Source of the DNA: Thermoanaerobaculia bacterium
GTDB lineage: Bacteria > Acidobacteriota > Thermoanaerobaculia > Multivoradales > JAHEKO01
Assembly (NCBI GenBank): GCA_033720955.1
Contig: JAWWBN010000001.1
Span: 1-58,278 of the forward strand
Direction: 5' to 3'
DNA: 58,278 bases
Part shown: in pieces, positions 1 through 8,307 of the stretch
Position numbering within the stretch: position 1 is the first letter of the stretch
How the letters are laid out: every line of letters begins with the position of its first letter
Notes under the pieces: generated by a model
Database searches by the model: none
What the model saw: the letters and a program-made list of their open reading frames with translations, nothing else
What the model was told of the DNA's origin: nothing
Position numbers and translations under genes: made by a program

Positions 1-1
1 C

Positions 2-2764
2 TTCCCCGACCCCAACGGCGCCTCGATGGCGCTGATCGACCCCTCCCTCGACAACAACGCGGGCGGCAACTGGTGCACCTCGTCGACGCCGTTCGGCGAC
101 GGCGACCGGGGCACCCCGGGCGCCGCCAACGACTGCGGCGCGGTGCCGCTGGTGATCAACGAGATCGACTACGACCAGCCCGGCGGGGACACCGCCGAGT
201 TCGTGGAGATCAAGAACGCCGGCGCCTCGGGCTTGGATCTGGCCGGCATGGAGCTGGTGCTGGTCAACGGCACCGGCGGCGGCGCCTCGATCTACGACAC
301 CATCGCCCTGCCCGCGGTCACCCTGGGCGCCGGCGACTACTTCGTGGTCTGCAGCAGCGCCGCGACGGTGGCCAACTGCGACCTGGAGGCCATCTCGTCC
401 ATCCAGAACGGCGCGCCCGACGCGGTGGCCCTGCGCTTCGGCGGCGCGGTGATCGTGGACACGGTGAGCTACGAGGGCGACACCGGCGCGCCCTACACCG
501 AGGGCTCGGGCGCCGGCCTCGAGGACTCCGGCGCCGCGGGCCAGGACTTCCGCGGCATCTCCCGCTACCCGGACGGCGTGGACACGGACCAGAACAACGC
601 CGACCTGGTCAACGCCTGCATCACCCCCGGAGGGGCCAACACCTCCTTCGCGGGCCCCTGCTCCCCGGTGGGCCCGGTGCTCGAGATCTACGAGATCCAG
701 GGCGCCGGCACGGCCTCGCCGGTGGCGGGGGTGACGGTCCGCACCAACGACAACGCCGTCACCGCGCTGGGCACCAACGGCTTCTTCATGCAGACGCCCA
801 CGTCGCGCACCGACGGCGACGTGGACACCTCGGACGGCATCTTCGTCTTCACCGGCGGCGCGCCGACGGTCGGCGTGGGCGATCGGGTGGACGTCACCGG
901 GCAGGTGGTCGAGTTCTTCGGCCTGACCGAGTTCTCCGGCGGGGTCAGCGTGAGCACGGTCGGCAGCGGGCCGGTGCCGGCGCCGGTGGCGCTCGACGCC
1001 TTCGTGCCGTCGCCGACGCCGGCCACGCCGAGCTGCGCCATCGAGTACGAGTGCTACGAGGGCATGCTGGTGGAGGTGGCCGACGGCTACGTGGCGGGCG
1101 GCAACCAGGAGTTCGGCTCCGACCCCTTCGCCGAGATCCACATCACCGCCGCCGGGGCGCGGCCCTTCCGCGAGCCGGGCATCGAGTTCCCGGGCCTCCC
1201 GGGCTTCCCGGTCTGGGACGGCAACCCCGAGGTCTTCGAGCTCGACCCCGACAAGCTGGGGCTGCCCAACCAGAGGATCCCGGCGGGCTCGACCTTCACC
1301 GCCAGGGGCGTGATCGGCTTCGAGTTCAACCACTTCGAGCTGTGGCCCACCGAGCTCTCCGTCGCCCCGGCGCCGCTGCCGGTGCCGGTGCGTCCGGCGG
1401 CCCCGGACGAGCTGACCATCGGCTCGCTCAACCTCTTCCGTCTGTTCGACGACGTGGACGACCCGCCCAGTGTCAACGTAGTGGGGGCGACCCGGAACGA
1501 CGCCGTGGTCTCCGGCGCCGAGTACCTGCGGCGGCGCGCCAAGCTGGCCGCGCAGATCGTGGGCGTGCTGCGGTCGCCCGACATCCTGGCGGTGCAGGAG
1601 GCGGAGAAGATCGAGGTGCTCCAGGACCTGGCCGCCGACGTCAACGCCATCGACCCGGCGGTCAACTACACCGCCTACCTGATCGAGGGCAACGACGTGG
1701 GCACCATCGACGTCGGCTTCCTGGTGCGCGACCGCGTCCAGGGGGTCGTCGTCACCCAGCTCGGGGCCAACGAGCTCTTCACCTTCGACGACCCCGACTC
1801 GGCGCTCCACGACCGGCCGCCGCTTCTGCTCGAGGGCCTCTGCGACGGCACCTTCCCCATCAAGGTGATGGTGCTCCATCAGCGCTCCCTGGGCGGAATC
1901 GACACCGAGCGCGTGCAGCGCAAGCGCTACGAGCAGGCCGAGTCGGTGGCGACGAAGATCCAGGACATCCAGAGCGCCGACCCCGACGTGAACCTGGTGG
2001 TCGTGGGCGACTTCAACGCCTTCGAGTTCACCGACGGCTACGTGGACGTCGCCGGGATCATCAAGGGCGACTTCGTCCCGGCCGACAGCGTGGTCTGCGG
2101 TCTGCCCGGGGTGGCCTGCGCCGACCTGGTGGACCCGGATCTGACCGACCAGGTGCTCGCTATCGACCCGGGGCAGCGCTACTCCTTCATCTTCCGCGAC
2201 ACCTTCAACCCGGTGCGCTCGCGTGGCGACAGCCAGGTGCTGGACCACGCCATGACCAGCGCGGCCCTCGGTGCGCTGGTCACCGGCTACGAGTACGGCC
2301 GGGCCAACGCCGATGCGCCCGAAGAGCTGCTGGAGCGCGACGGCACCGAGCCGGACGCCGGCCCCGACGACCTCTTCCTGCGCGCCTCGGACCACGACGG
2401 CCTGGTGCTCTACCTGTTCAAGGACGAGGACGGCGACGGCGTGACCGACGCGTTGGACGTCTGCCCGGGGACCGAGATTCCCGAGTCGGTGCCGACGAGC
2501 GGGCTGGGGGTCAACCGGTGGGCGCTGACGGACGGCGACACCGCGTTCGACACCACGCCGCCGCCGGGTGGGGGCAACGGCCCCGGCCTCTCGTTCACCA
2601 CCCAGGACACCGCGGGCTGCTCGTGCGAGCAGATCATCGACGCCCAGGGTCTGGGGAGCGGGCACGAGAAGTACGGCTGCTCGAACAGCGCGATGGAGGA
2701 GTGGGTGGCCCTGGTCAACCCCCTGATCGGGGTATCGGCGGGGTCTTCTCGAGGAGGAAGGTGA
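2..2764 (+). CDS. secreted lamin-tail-domain (LTD) + endonuclease/exonuclease/phosphatase (EEP) family nuclease, 5'-truncated by the window edge
   Basis: The frame is open from nt 2 with no stop before the first ATG at 26, so the gene probably starts upstream of the window. 'VINEIDYDQPGGDTAEFVEIKNAG...VDTVSYEG' looks like an LTD. 'LTIGSLNLFRLFD', 'ILAVQEAE', 'VVGDFNAFEF' and 'SDHDGLVLYL' look like EEP catalytic motifs. The C-terminal 'DEDGDGVTDALDVCPG' resembles a thrombospondin type-3 Ca-binding repeat. GC3 is very high. Confidence 0.8.
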   Translation, partial: FPDPNGASMALIDPSLDNNAGGNWCTSSTPFGDGDRGTPGAANDCGAVPLVINEIDYDQPGGDTAEFVEIKNAGASGLDLAGMELVLVNGTGGGASIYDTIALPAVTLGAGDYFVVCSSAATVANCDLEAISSIQNGAPDAVALRFGGAVIVDTVSYEGDTGAPYTEGSGAGLEDSGAAGQDFRGISRYPDGVDTDQNNADLVNACITPGGANTSFAGPCSPVGPVLEIYEIQGAGTASPVAGVTVRTNDNAVTALGTNGFFMQTPTSRTDGDVDTSDGIFVFTGGAPTVGVGDRVDVTGQVVEFFGLTEFSGGVSVSTVGSGPVPAPVALDAFVPSPTPATPSCAIEYECYEGMLVEVADGYVAGGNQEFGSDPFAEIHITAAGARPFREPGIEFPGLPGFPVWDGNPEVFELDPDKLGLPNQRIPAGSTFTARGVIGFEFNHFELWPTELSVAPAPLPVPVRPAAPDELTIGSLNLFRLFDDVDDPPSVNVVGATRNDAVVSGAEYLRRRAKLAAQIVGVLRSPDILAVQEAEKIEVLQDLAADVNAIDPAVNYTAYLIEGNDVGTIDVGFLVRDRVQGVVVTQLGANELFTFDDPDSALHDRPPLLLEGLCDGTFPIKVMVLHQRSLGGIDTERVQRKRYEQAESVATKIQDIQSADPDVNLVVVGDFNAFEFTDGYVDVAGIIKGDFVPADSVVCGLPGVACADLVDPDLTDQVLAIDPGQRYSFIFRDTFNPVRSRGDSQVLDHAMTSAALGALVTGYEYGRANADAPEELLERDGTEPDAGPDDLFLRASDHDGLVLYLFKDEDGDGVTDALDVCPGTEIPESVPTSGLGVNRWALTDGDTAFDTTPPPGGGNGPGLSFTTQDTAGCSCEQIIDAQGLGSGHEKYGCSNSAMEEWVALVNPLIGVSAGSSRGGR

Positions 2765-2854
2765 AGGCCCCCGGCGGGCGGGCGACTTCGGGTCGGACCG
2801 AGCCGCCGCCCGCCGTCTGAGCCGGAGGGGCCGGGGGCCGGGCTTCCCGTGGCA

Positions 2855-2885
2855 GGGGAGTGCTTCGGGGCCCGGGAAGCTCCCC
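2855..2885 (+). terminator. GC-rich hairpin downstream of the nuclease gene (possible terminator, no T-tract)
   Basis: GGGGAGtGCTTC-ggggcccgg-GAAGCTCCCC forms an 11-bp stem with one bulged T, about 90 nt after the stop at 2764. Confidence 0.3.
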
Positions 2886-2986
2886 GCGAAGGCGCTCCGG
2901 ACCCCTCGAGGGGAGCGACGGGGCTCGCCATTGGACGGAGCCGACCGGACAAGAGCTAGACTGAGGGTCGAGGGAGCCGATCTCCG

Positions 2987-4099
2987 ATGGAGCACCCGAT
3001 CGTCCGCGACGCCAGCGTGGTCCCCACCCGCTACTGGCACGCCCTCCCCGACGGCCGGGTGCAGTGCGATCTCTGCCCGCGCTTCTGCAAGTTGCGCGAG
3101 GGGCAGCGGGGGCTCTGCTTCGTGCGCGGCTGTCTGGACGGCGAGGTGGTGCTGACCACCTACGGACGCTCGAGCGGATTCTGCGTCGATCCGATCGAGA
3201 AGAAGCCGCTCAACCACTTCCACCCCGGCACCCCGGTGCTCTCCTTCGGCACCGCGGGGTGCAACCTCTTCTGCAGGTTCTGCCAGAACTGGGACATCTC
3301 CAAGTCGCGCGAGGTGGACACCCTCGCCGACCAGGCGTCGCCCGAGACGATCGCCCGGGCGGCCGAGCGGCTGGGCTGCGCGAGCGTCGCCTTCACCTAC
3401 AACGACCCGGTCATCTTCCACGAGTACGCCATCGACGTCGCCCACGCCTGCCGCGAGCGCGGCATCTTCTCGGTGGCGGTGACCGCCGGGGAGGTCTGCC
3501 CGGAGCCGCGGCGCGAGTTCTACGCCGCCATGGACGCCGCCAACGTGGATCTCAAGGCCTTCACCGACCGGTTCTACGAGCGGGTCTGCGGCGGCGCGCT
3601 GCAGCCGGTGCTCGACACCCTCCGCTATCTCGAGCACGAAACCGACGTCTGGTTCGAGATCACCAACCTGTTGATCCCCGGGGAGAACGACTCCGACGGC
3701 GAGCTGGACGAGATGACCCGCTGGGTGGTCGGCGAGCTGGGCCCCCATGTGCCGATGCACTTCACCGCCTTCCACCCCGACTTCAAGATGATGGACCGCC
3801 CGCCCACCCCGCCCGAGACCCTCACGCGGGCGCGGGAGATCGCTCTCGCCAACGGCGTGCGCTACGCCTACACCGGGAACATCCACGATGACACGGGGGG
3901 CTCGACCTGGTGCCACGGCTGCGGCGCGCTGCTGATCGAACGCGACTGGTACCGGCTGGGCGAGTGGAACCTCTCCGAAGGGGGCCGGTGCAGCTCCTGC
4001 GGCGCGGCGTGCGCCGGCCGCTTCGACCCCCGGCCCGGAGGCTGGGGGCCCCGCCGACTGCCGGTCCGGCTGGGCGACGTCGCGATGTCCTCGGCCTGA
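2987..4099 (+). CDS. AmmeMemoRadiSam-system-type radical SAM enzyme (pyruvate formate-lyase-activase-like)
   Basis: N-terminal 'YWHALPDGRVQCDLCPRFCKLREGQRGLCFVR' and 'DPIEKKPLNHFHPGTPVLSFGTAGCNLFCRFCQNWDIS' (a CxxxCxxC radical SAM cluster). The C-terminal 'CHGCGALLIERDWY...GRCSSCGAAC' is zinc-ribbon-like. Confidence 0.85.
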   Translation: MEHPIVRDASVVPTRYWHALPDGRVQCDLCPRFCKLREGQRGLCFVRGCLDGEVVLTTYGRSSGFCVDPIEKKPLNHFHPGTPVLSFGTAGCNLFCRFCQNWDISKSREVDTLADQASPETIARAAERLGCASVAFTYNDPVIFHEYAIDVAHACRERGIFSVAVTAGEVCPEPRREFYAAMDAANVDLKAFTDRFYERVCGGALQPVLDTLRYLEHETDVWFEITNLLIPGENDSDGELDEMTRWVVGELGPHVPMHFTAFHPDFKMMDRPPTPPETLTRAREIALANGVRYAYTGNIHDDTGGSTWCHGCGALLIERDWYRLGEWNLSEGGRCSSCGAACAGRFDPRPGGWGPRRLPVRLGDVAMSSA

Positions 4100-4220
4100 G
4101 CCTCCGGTCGGCCGCCGCCGGGCCGTGGACCGCGCCGTGGCGGAGGGGTGATCGACGGCGCCCCGGCGCTATGATGGGCGTCTCGCGTCCACCAGACCGT
4201 CCGAGAGCCGGAGGGAGAGG

Positions 4221-6254
4221 GTGTCCGCCACGATCCGCTACACGACCTGTGTTCTCGACTGCCCCGACGCCTGCGGTCTCGAGGTCGAGGTCCGCGACCG
4301 GCGCGTGGTGGCGATCCGCGCCGCGCCCGGGGACGCAGCCACCGGCGGCTTTATCTGCGGCAAGGTGACCCACTTCCACCGCCGGCTCGACCATCCCGAG
4401 CGCATCCTCCACCCCATGCGGCGCGCCGGGGTCAAGGGGGACGGCCGCTTCGAGCGCATCACCTGGGAGGAGGCCGTCGATGCCGTCGCCGGCCGGCTGG
4501 CCGAGGTGCGCGACCGCTGGGGGGGCGAGGCCATCCTGCCCTTCCACTACGGCGGCTCGAACGGCCTGCTGACCGACGATCTGGTCGACGACCTGCTGTT
4601 CGCCCGGCTCGGCGCCTCGCGGCTGGCCAAGACGATCTGCGCCGTGCCGGCGACCCGGGTCGCGCTCGGCATGTACGGCAAGATGCCCGGCGTCGCCTTC
4701 TCCGACTTCCCCGAGGCGCGGCTGATCGTCGTCTGGGGGGCCAACCCGAAGGGCTCGAACATCCACCTGGTGCCCTGGCTCAAGGAGGCCCGGAGACGCG
4801 GCGCCCGGGTGGTCACGGTCGATCCGCGGCGCACGCTGGCGGAGGGCGACGTCGACCTCCACCTGCCGGTGCTGCCGGGCCAGGATCTGGCCGTGGCGCT
4901 GGCCCTGATCCACCGCTGGGAGACCCGCGGCGAGCTCGACCGCCACTTCCTCGAGCGCTGGGCCGACGGCGTCGAGCCGCTGCTGGAAGCCGCCCGGGAG
5001 TGGACCCTCGAGCGGGCGGCCCGGACCGCCGGGGTGGAGGTGGCCGACCTCGCCCGCCTGGCGGACCTCCTGGCCGAGGCCGATCCGGCTCTCGTCCGCT
5101 GCGGCTGGGGGCTGGAGCGCAACCGCAACGGTGCCCAGGCGATCGCCGCGGTGCTGGCGATCCCTGCGCTCCTGGGCAAGTTCGGGAAGCGCGGCGGCGG
5201 CTACACGCTGTCGAACAACGGCGCCGTGAAGCTCGATCGCGGCCGGCTCCTCGGCCGCCTCGACTGGTCGACGCGGCGGCTCAACATGACCCAGCTCGGC
5301 CGGCTCCTCGCCGGGCCGCTGGAGCCGCCGGTCAAGGCGCTCTTCGTCTACAACGCCAACCCGGCGGCCACCGTGCCGGAGCAGCGGGCGGTGCTCGCCG
5401 GCCTCGCGCGTGACGACCTCTTCACCGTGGTCCACGAGCAGGTGATGACCGACACCGCCCGCTTCGCCGACGTGCTCCTGCCGGCCAGGACCTTCTTCGA
5501 GGGGCACGACCTGCGTTCCGGCTACGGCAGCTACGTGGTGGGGGGCATCCGGCCCGTGGTCGAGGCGGCGGGCGAGGCGATCTCCAACATGGAGCTCTTC
5601 GGACGCCTGGGTCGGGCCCTGGGGTTCGACGATCCCGTCTTCGGGTGGGACGACGACGAGCTGCTGCGCCGCGCGGCCGAGGCGCTCGAGATCCCGGGCG
5701 GAAACGGCGCCGCCACCCTGGCGGCGGGCGGCCGGGTGACCTACGGCTTCGAGGGAGCCGCCCCGATCCCCTTCGTCAACAGCTTCCCGCTGACCGCGGA
5801 CGGCAAGGTCCACCTCACCCCGCCCGACCTCGGAGCCGAGCCGTACCGCTACCGGGAGCCGGAGCGCGACCACCCGCTGGCCCTGGTCACCCCGGCCAGC
5901 CACCGGCTGATCAACAGCACCCTGGGCGAGACCAACCTGCCGCGCCTGGAGGTGACCCTGCACCCCGACGACGCCCGGGCGCGGGGGGTGGCCGCCGGCG
6001 ACGCGGTGAGGGTGTGGAACGACCGCGGCGAGGTGCGGTGCCGGCTCGCGGTCAGCGCCGCAGTGCGCCCCGGGGTCGCCTCGATGCCGAAGGGCGCCTG
6101 GCGTCGGTCGTCGGAGAACGGGCTCACCTCCACGGCGCTCTGCCCCGACGACGCCCAGGTCGTGGGCGACGCGGCCTGCTTCAACGACGCGCGGGTGGAG
6201 GTCGCGGCGGTTTCCCGCCCTGGCGGTGAGCCCGGTGGCGACGGCGGCGCCTAG
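4221..6254 (+). CDS. molybdopterin (bis-MGD) oxidoreductase family protein with an N-terminal Fe-S cysteine motif
   Basis: GTG start at 4221 follows GGAGGGAGAGG. 'CVLDCPDACGLEV' is a Cys cluster typical of the MopB superfamily. Length is 677 aa. The C-terminal 'LHPDDARARGVAAGDAVRVWNDRGEV' resembles a molybdopterin dinucleotide-binding beta-barrel. Confidence 0.85.
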   Translation: MSATIRYTTCVLDCPDACGLEVEVRDRRVVAIRAAPGDAATGGFICGKVTHFHRRLDHPERILHPMRRAGVKGDGRFERITWEEAVDAVAGRLAEVRDRWGGEAILPFHYGGSNGLLTDDLVDDLLFARLGASRLAKTICAVPATRVALGMYGKMPGVAFSDFPEARLIVVWGANPKGSNIHLVPWLKEARRRGARVVTVDPRRTLAEGDVDLHLPVLPGQDLAVALALIHRWETRGELDRHFLERWADGVEPLLEAAREWTLERAARTAGVEVADLARLADLLAEADPALVRCGWGLERNRNGAQAIAAVLAIPALLGKFGKRGGGYTLSNNGAVKLDRGRLLGRLDWSTRRLNMTQLGRLLAGPLEPPVKALFVYNANPAATVPEQRAVLAGLARDDLFTVVHEQVMTDTARFADVLLPARTFFEGHDLRSGYGSYVVGGIRPVVEAAGEAISNMELFGRLGRALGFDDPVFGWDDDELLRRAAEALEIPGGNGAATLAAGGRVTYGFEGAAPIPFVNSFPLTADGKVHLTPPDLGAEPYRYREPERDHPLALVTPASHRLINSTLGETNLPRLEVTLHPDDARARGVAAGDAVRVWNDRGEVRCRLAVSAAVRPGVASMPKGAWRRSSENGLTSTALCPDDAQVVGDAACFNDARVEVAAVSRPGGEPGGDGGA

Positions 6255-6389
6255 CCGCCATCGCGAGCTGCGCGTCACCGATCGACTGCGGCCGACGTCC
6301 GGGGGGCCCGCCTCGGGGCGCCGACCGAGGGACGGCGCATCGAGCTCGTGGCCTCGACCCTGCTTGGGGGTGGGAGGGGGGGCGGGATG

Positions 6390-7277
6390 TCAGGCGGTCG
6401 GCTGCCGCCGGGGCAGATCCATCCCCCGCGCCAGACGGCGGGTCACGAGGGCGATGACGATGGCGGCCGCGGCCAGGCCGGCGCCGAACTCGCCGCTCCA
6501 GTACTCGGTCGGCCCGGTATCCAGGGTGGCGCGGTCGAAGAAGCCCTGCACCCAGAGGTTGTGGCTGCCGTGGAGCAGGACCGCGGGCCAGAGGCTGCCC
6601 GACTTCAGGCGGATCCAGGCGTAGAGGTAGCTGGCGCCGACGGCGAGGAGCGTGAAGCAGAGGAGCGAGTAGCCGACCGGGGCCTCGGAGCGGTAGCCCG
6701 CGAAGAGCACCAGGGGCGCGTGCCAGAGCGCCCAGATCAGGCCGCTGGTCAGCGCAACGCCGTCGAAGTCGAGGAGCCGCGCGAGACGCGGCACCAGGTA
6801 GCCGCGCCAGCCGATCTCCTCGCCCAGCGCGAAGAGACAGCTCTGGAGCGAGCCGAGAAAGAGCAGGGGCCAGCGCTCCCGCAGCCGGTCGAGCGCGGTG
6901 AGGTCGAAGTCGCCCAGCGGGGAGGCCCAGATCAGGGCGTAGACGACGAGCGAATAGGCGATGGGAACGAAGTAGCCCGCGATCCAGTAGCGCGTCTTCC
7001 CCGCACTCCAGCCGAGTCCGGCGAGCGACCGGCGGAAGCGGAGCTGGAGGGCCACCGCCACCAGGCCCGGCGTCCACATGAGCCAGGGAACCAGCGCGGC
7101 GCCCCCTGCCGTGAGCCCTCCGGCTCGCGCCATCAGCACGTAGAAGACCGAGCTCACCGCCAGGGTCAGGCCCACGAACCACAGGATTTCCCGGCGAGGC
7201 GACGAGAGCCGAGGAAGCGGCGCCATGGCCTGCCCTACGGGCTCGGGGCCAGGGGGTTTCGCGGCGCTCTCCGGCAC
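6390..7277 (-). CDS. CPBP family intramembrane glutamic endopeptidase (CAAX/Abi-like)
   Basis: Multi-TM protein with 'EEIGWRGYL', 'ALWHAP' and 'LLHGSHN' motifs. An alternative ATG start lies at 7226. Confidence 0.85.
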   Translation of the reverse strand: MPESAAKPPGPEPVGQAMAPLPRLSSPRREILWFVGLTLAVSSVFYVLMARAGGLTAGGAALVPWLMWTPGLVAVALQLRFRRSLAGLGWSAGKTRYWIAGYFVPIAYSLVVYALIWASPLGDFDLTALDRLRERWPLLFLGSLQSCLFALGEEIGWRGYLVPRLARLLDFDGVALTSGLIWALWHAPLVLFAGYRSEAPVGYSLLCFTLLAVGASYLYAWIRLKSGSLWPAVLLHGSHNLWVQGFFDRATLDTGPTEYWSGEFGAGLAAAAIVIALVTRRLARGMDLPRRQPTA

Positions 7278-7347
7278 TGTTTCGCCATCGAGACCCCGGT
7301 CGCGCCCGGTGGCGTGGAGCGCGGCGAGAGGGCGGTCGTCGCGGGGT

Positions 7348-7371
7348 GTCCGGCTAGAACTCCAGCCGGAC
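7348..7371 (-). terminator. perfect 8-bp stem / 8-nt loop hairpin downstream of the NTase-small ORF pair
   Basis: GTCCGGCT-agaactcc-AGCCGGAC lies about 80 nt after the stop of the 69-aa ORF (7451). There is no T-tract. Confidence 0.4.
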
Positions 7372-7450
7372 CCGGACTTCGTATCGGCGCGGCCGCTGCC
7401 AACCGAGGGGCTCGCCCAGGTCGAAATCGCCGCAACCGGTCACAAATCGC

Positions 7451-7660
7451 TCAGCGCAGCACGAACTCGGGCCGCCCGGCGGCGGTCCGGCGGCGGACGG
7501 GACGCGAGGCGGGGGGCAGGGCGTCGATCAGCCGCTGGACGGCGGCGAAGGGGTCGGCGGGGCGCAGCGCGGCGGCGCGGCGCAGGGCGCGGACGTCCTC
7601 GGGCGTGGTCTCGAGGTCGTCGGCCAGGCCGGTGAGGCGGATGTCGTCACGCGATCTCAT
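7451..7660 (-). CDS. hypothetical 69-aa protein, translationally overlapped with the upstream nucleotidyltransferase gene
   Basis: The ATG at 7660 lies inside the last codons of the NTase gene (overlap ATGAGATCGCGTGA, 14 nt). 66 of 69 sense codons end in G/C. No convincing gene lies on the opposite strand. The product is R/A/D/P/L-rich with no His, Cys, Lys, Trp, Tyr or Asn, and I recognise no domain. Confidence 0.5.
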   Translation of the reverse strand: MRSRDDIRLTGLADDLETTPEDVRALRRAAALRPADPFAAVQRLIDALPPASRPVRRRTAAGRPEFVLR

Positions 7661-8168
7661 GCCAGAGGTCCCCGAGGTCGTGCTCCTCGAAATAGCCGCG
7701 GACTTCGTCGCGGTCGACACCCGGCAACTCCAGGAGGCGGGCAATGTCCGCCAGCTCCTGGTGCTTGCGGCCGGGGTCGTTCTTCACCGCCAGGATCTTC
7801 ATCGCCGCCAGGTGCTCCGGTCGGGGCACCAGGACCGGTACACCGTCGGGGCCCGCCACTCTCCGGGCGGTGGAGAAGATCTTCTCGCGCGTCGCGCCGC
7901 GCACGTAGACGAAGTCCACGCGGCCCCAGGCCGGATCCTCGTGGAGATGGTTCGAGTAGCCCGTCGAGCGGTGGAGGGTCTCGTAGCCGAGGCTCTCCAT
8001 GAGCTCCACCACGGTCTCCTGCGCGTCCGCCGAGATCAGCAGGTCGAGATCGAGCGTGGCGCGCGGCTGACCCAGCGCCGCCAGAGCCAGGGCGCCCACC
8101 AGCGCGAACGGCTGCTTCTCCTCCTCGAGGTGAGCCGCGATCCGTCGCAGGACGGCACCCAGATCCAT
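7647..8168 (-). CDS. Pol-beta-superfamily nucleotidyltransferase (MntA/AbiEii-like minimal NTase)
   Basis: 'ALVGALALAALGQPRATLDLDLLI' fits the hG[GS]x9-13Dh[DE]h NTase signature. I place the start at ATG 8168 (MDLGAV...). The ORF could extend upstream to TTG 8258, ATG 8252 or ATG 8246. Confidence 0.7.
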   Translation of the reverse strand: MDLGAVLRRIAAHLEEEKQPFALVGALALAALGQPRATLDLDLLISADAQETVVELMESLGYETLHRSTGYSNHLHEDPAWGRVDFVYVRGATREKIFSTARRVAGPDGVPVLVPRPEHLAAMKILAVKNDPGRKHQELADIARLLELPGVDRDEVRGYFEEHDLGDLWHEIA

Positions 8169-8307
8169 GGCCTGGAGACTACCGCGCCACCGATTCGCCA
8201 GTCTCTTCGGCCGCGGCAGGGTCGCCCGACGCAAGGAGGAAGCCATGGTCATCGGCAAGAGGCCGGCTCGCGGCTCCTCCCCTCCCCCGGCTCCTCGACC
8301 CGCGGCG

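Noticed and set aside
2931-3155. A 74-aa ORF overlapping the start of the radical SAM gene, considered as a possible RiPP precursor peptide for the radical SAM / CPBP protease neighbourhood.
   Set aside because: It is out of frame within the well-supported radical SAM CDS, and its sequence is Arg/Ala/Ser-rich with no leader/core logic. No other small ORF lies in 2765..2986 or 4100..4220. The radical SAM enzyme is of the AmmeMemo/PflA-activase type rather than the SPASM/RiPP type.
7344-7430. A minus-strand reading frame ending '...GDFDLGEPLGWQRPRRYEVRVRLEF*', which looks like the C-terminal beta-strand of an outer-membrane barrel or TonB-dependent receptor (possible pseudogene remnant).
   Set aside because: The frame is closed by a stop about 57 codons upstream and has no start codon. 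The 'RVRLEF' part is encoded by the perfect hairpin at 7348..7371, so the resemblance is most simply a by-product of the terminator-like inverted repeat.
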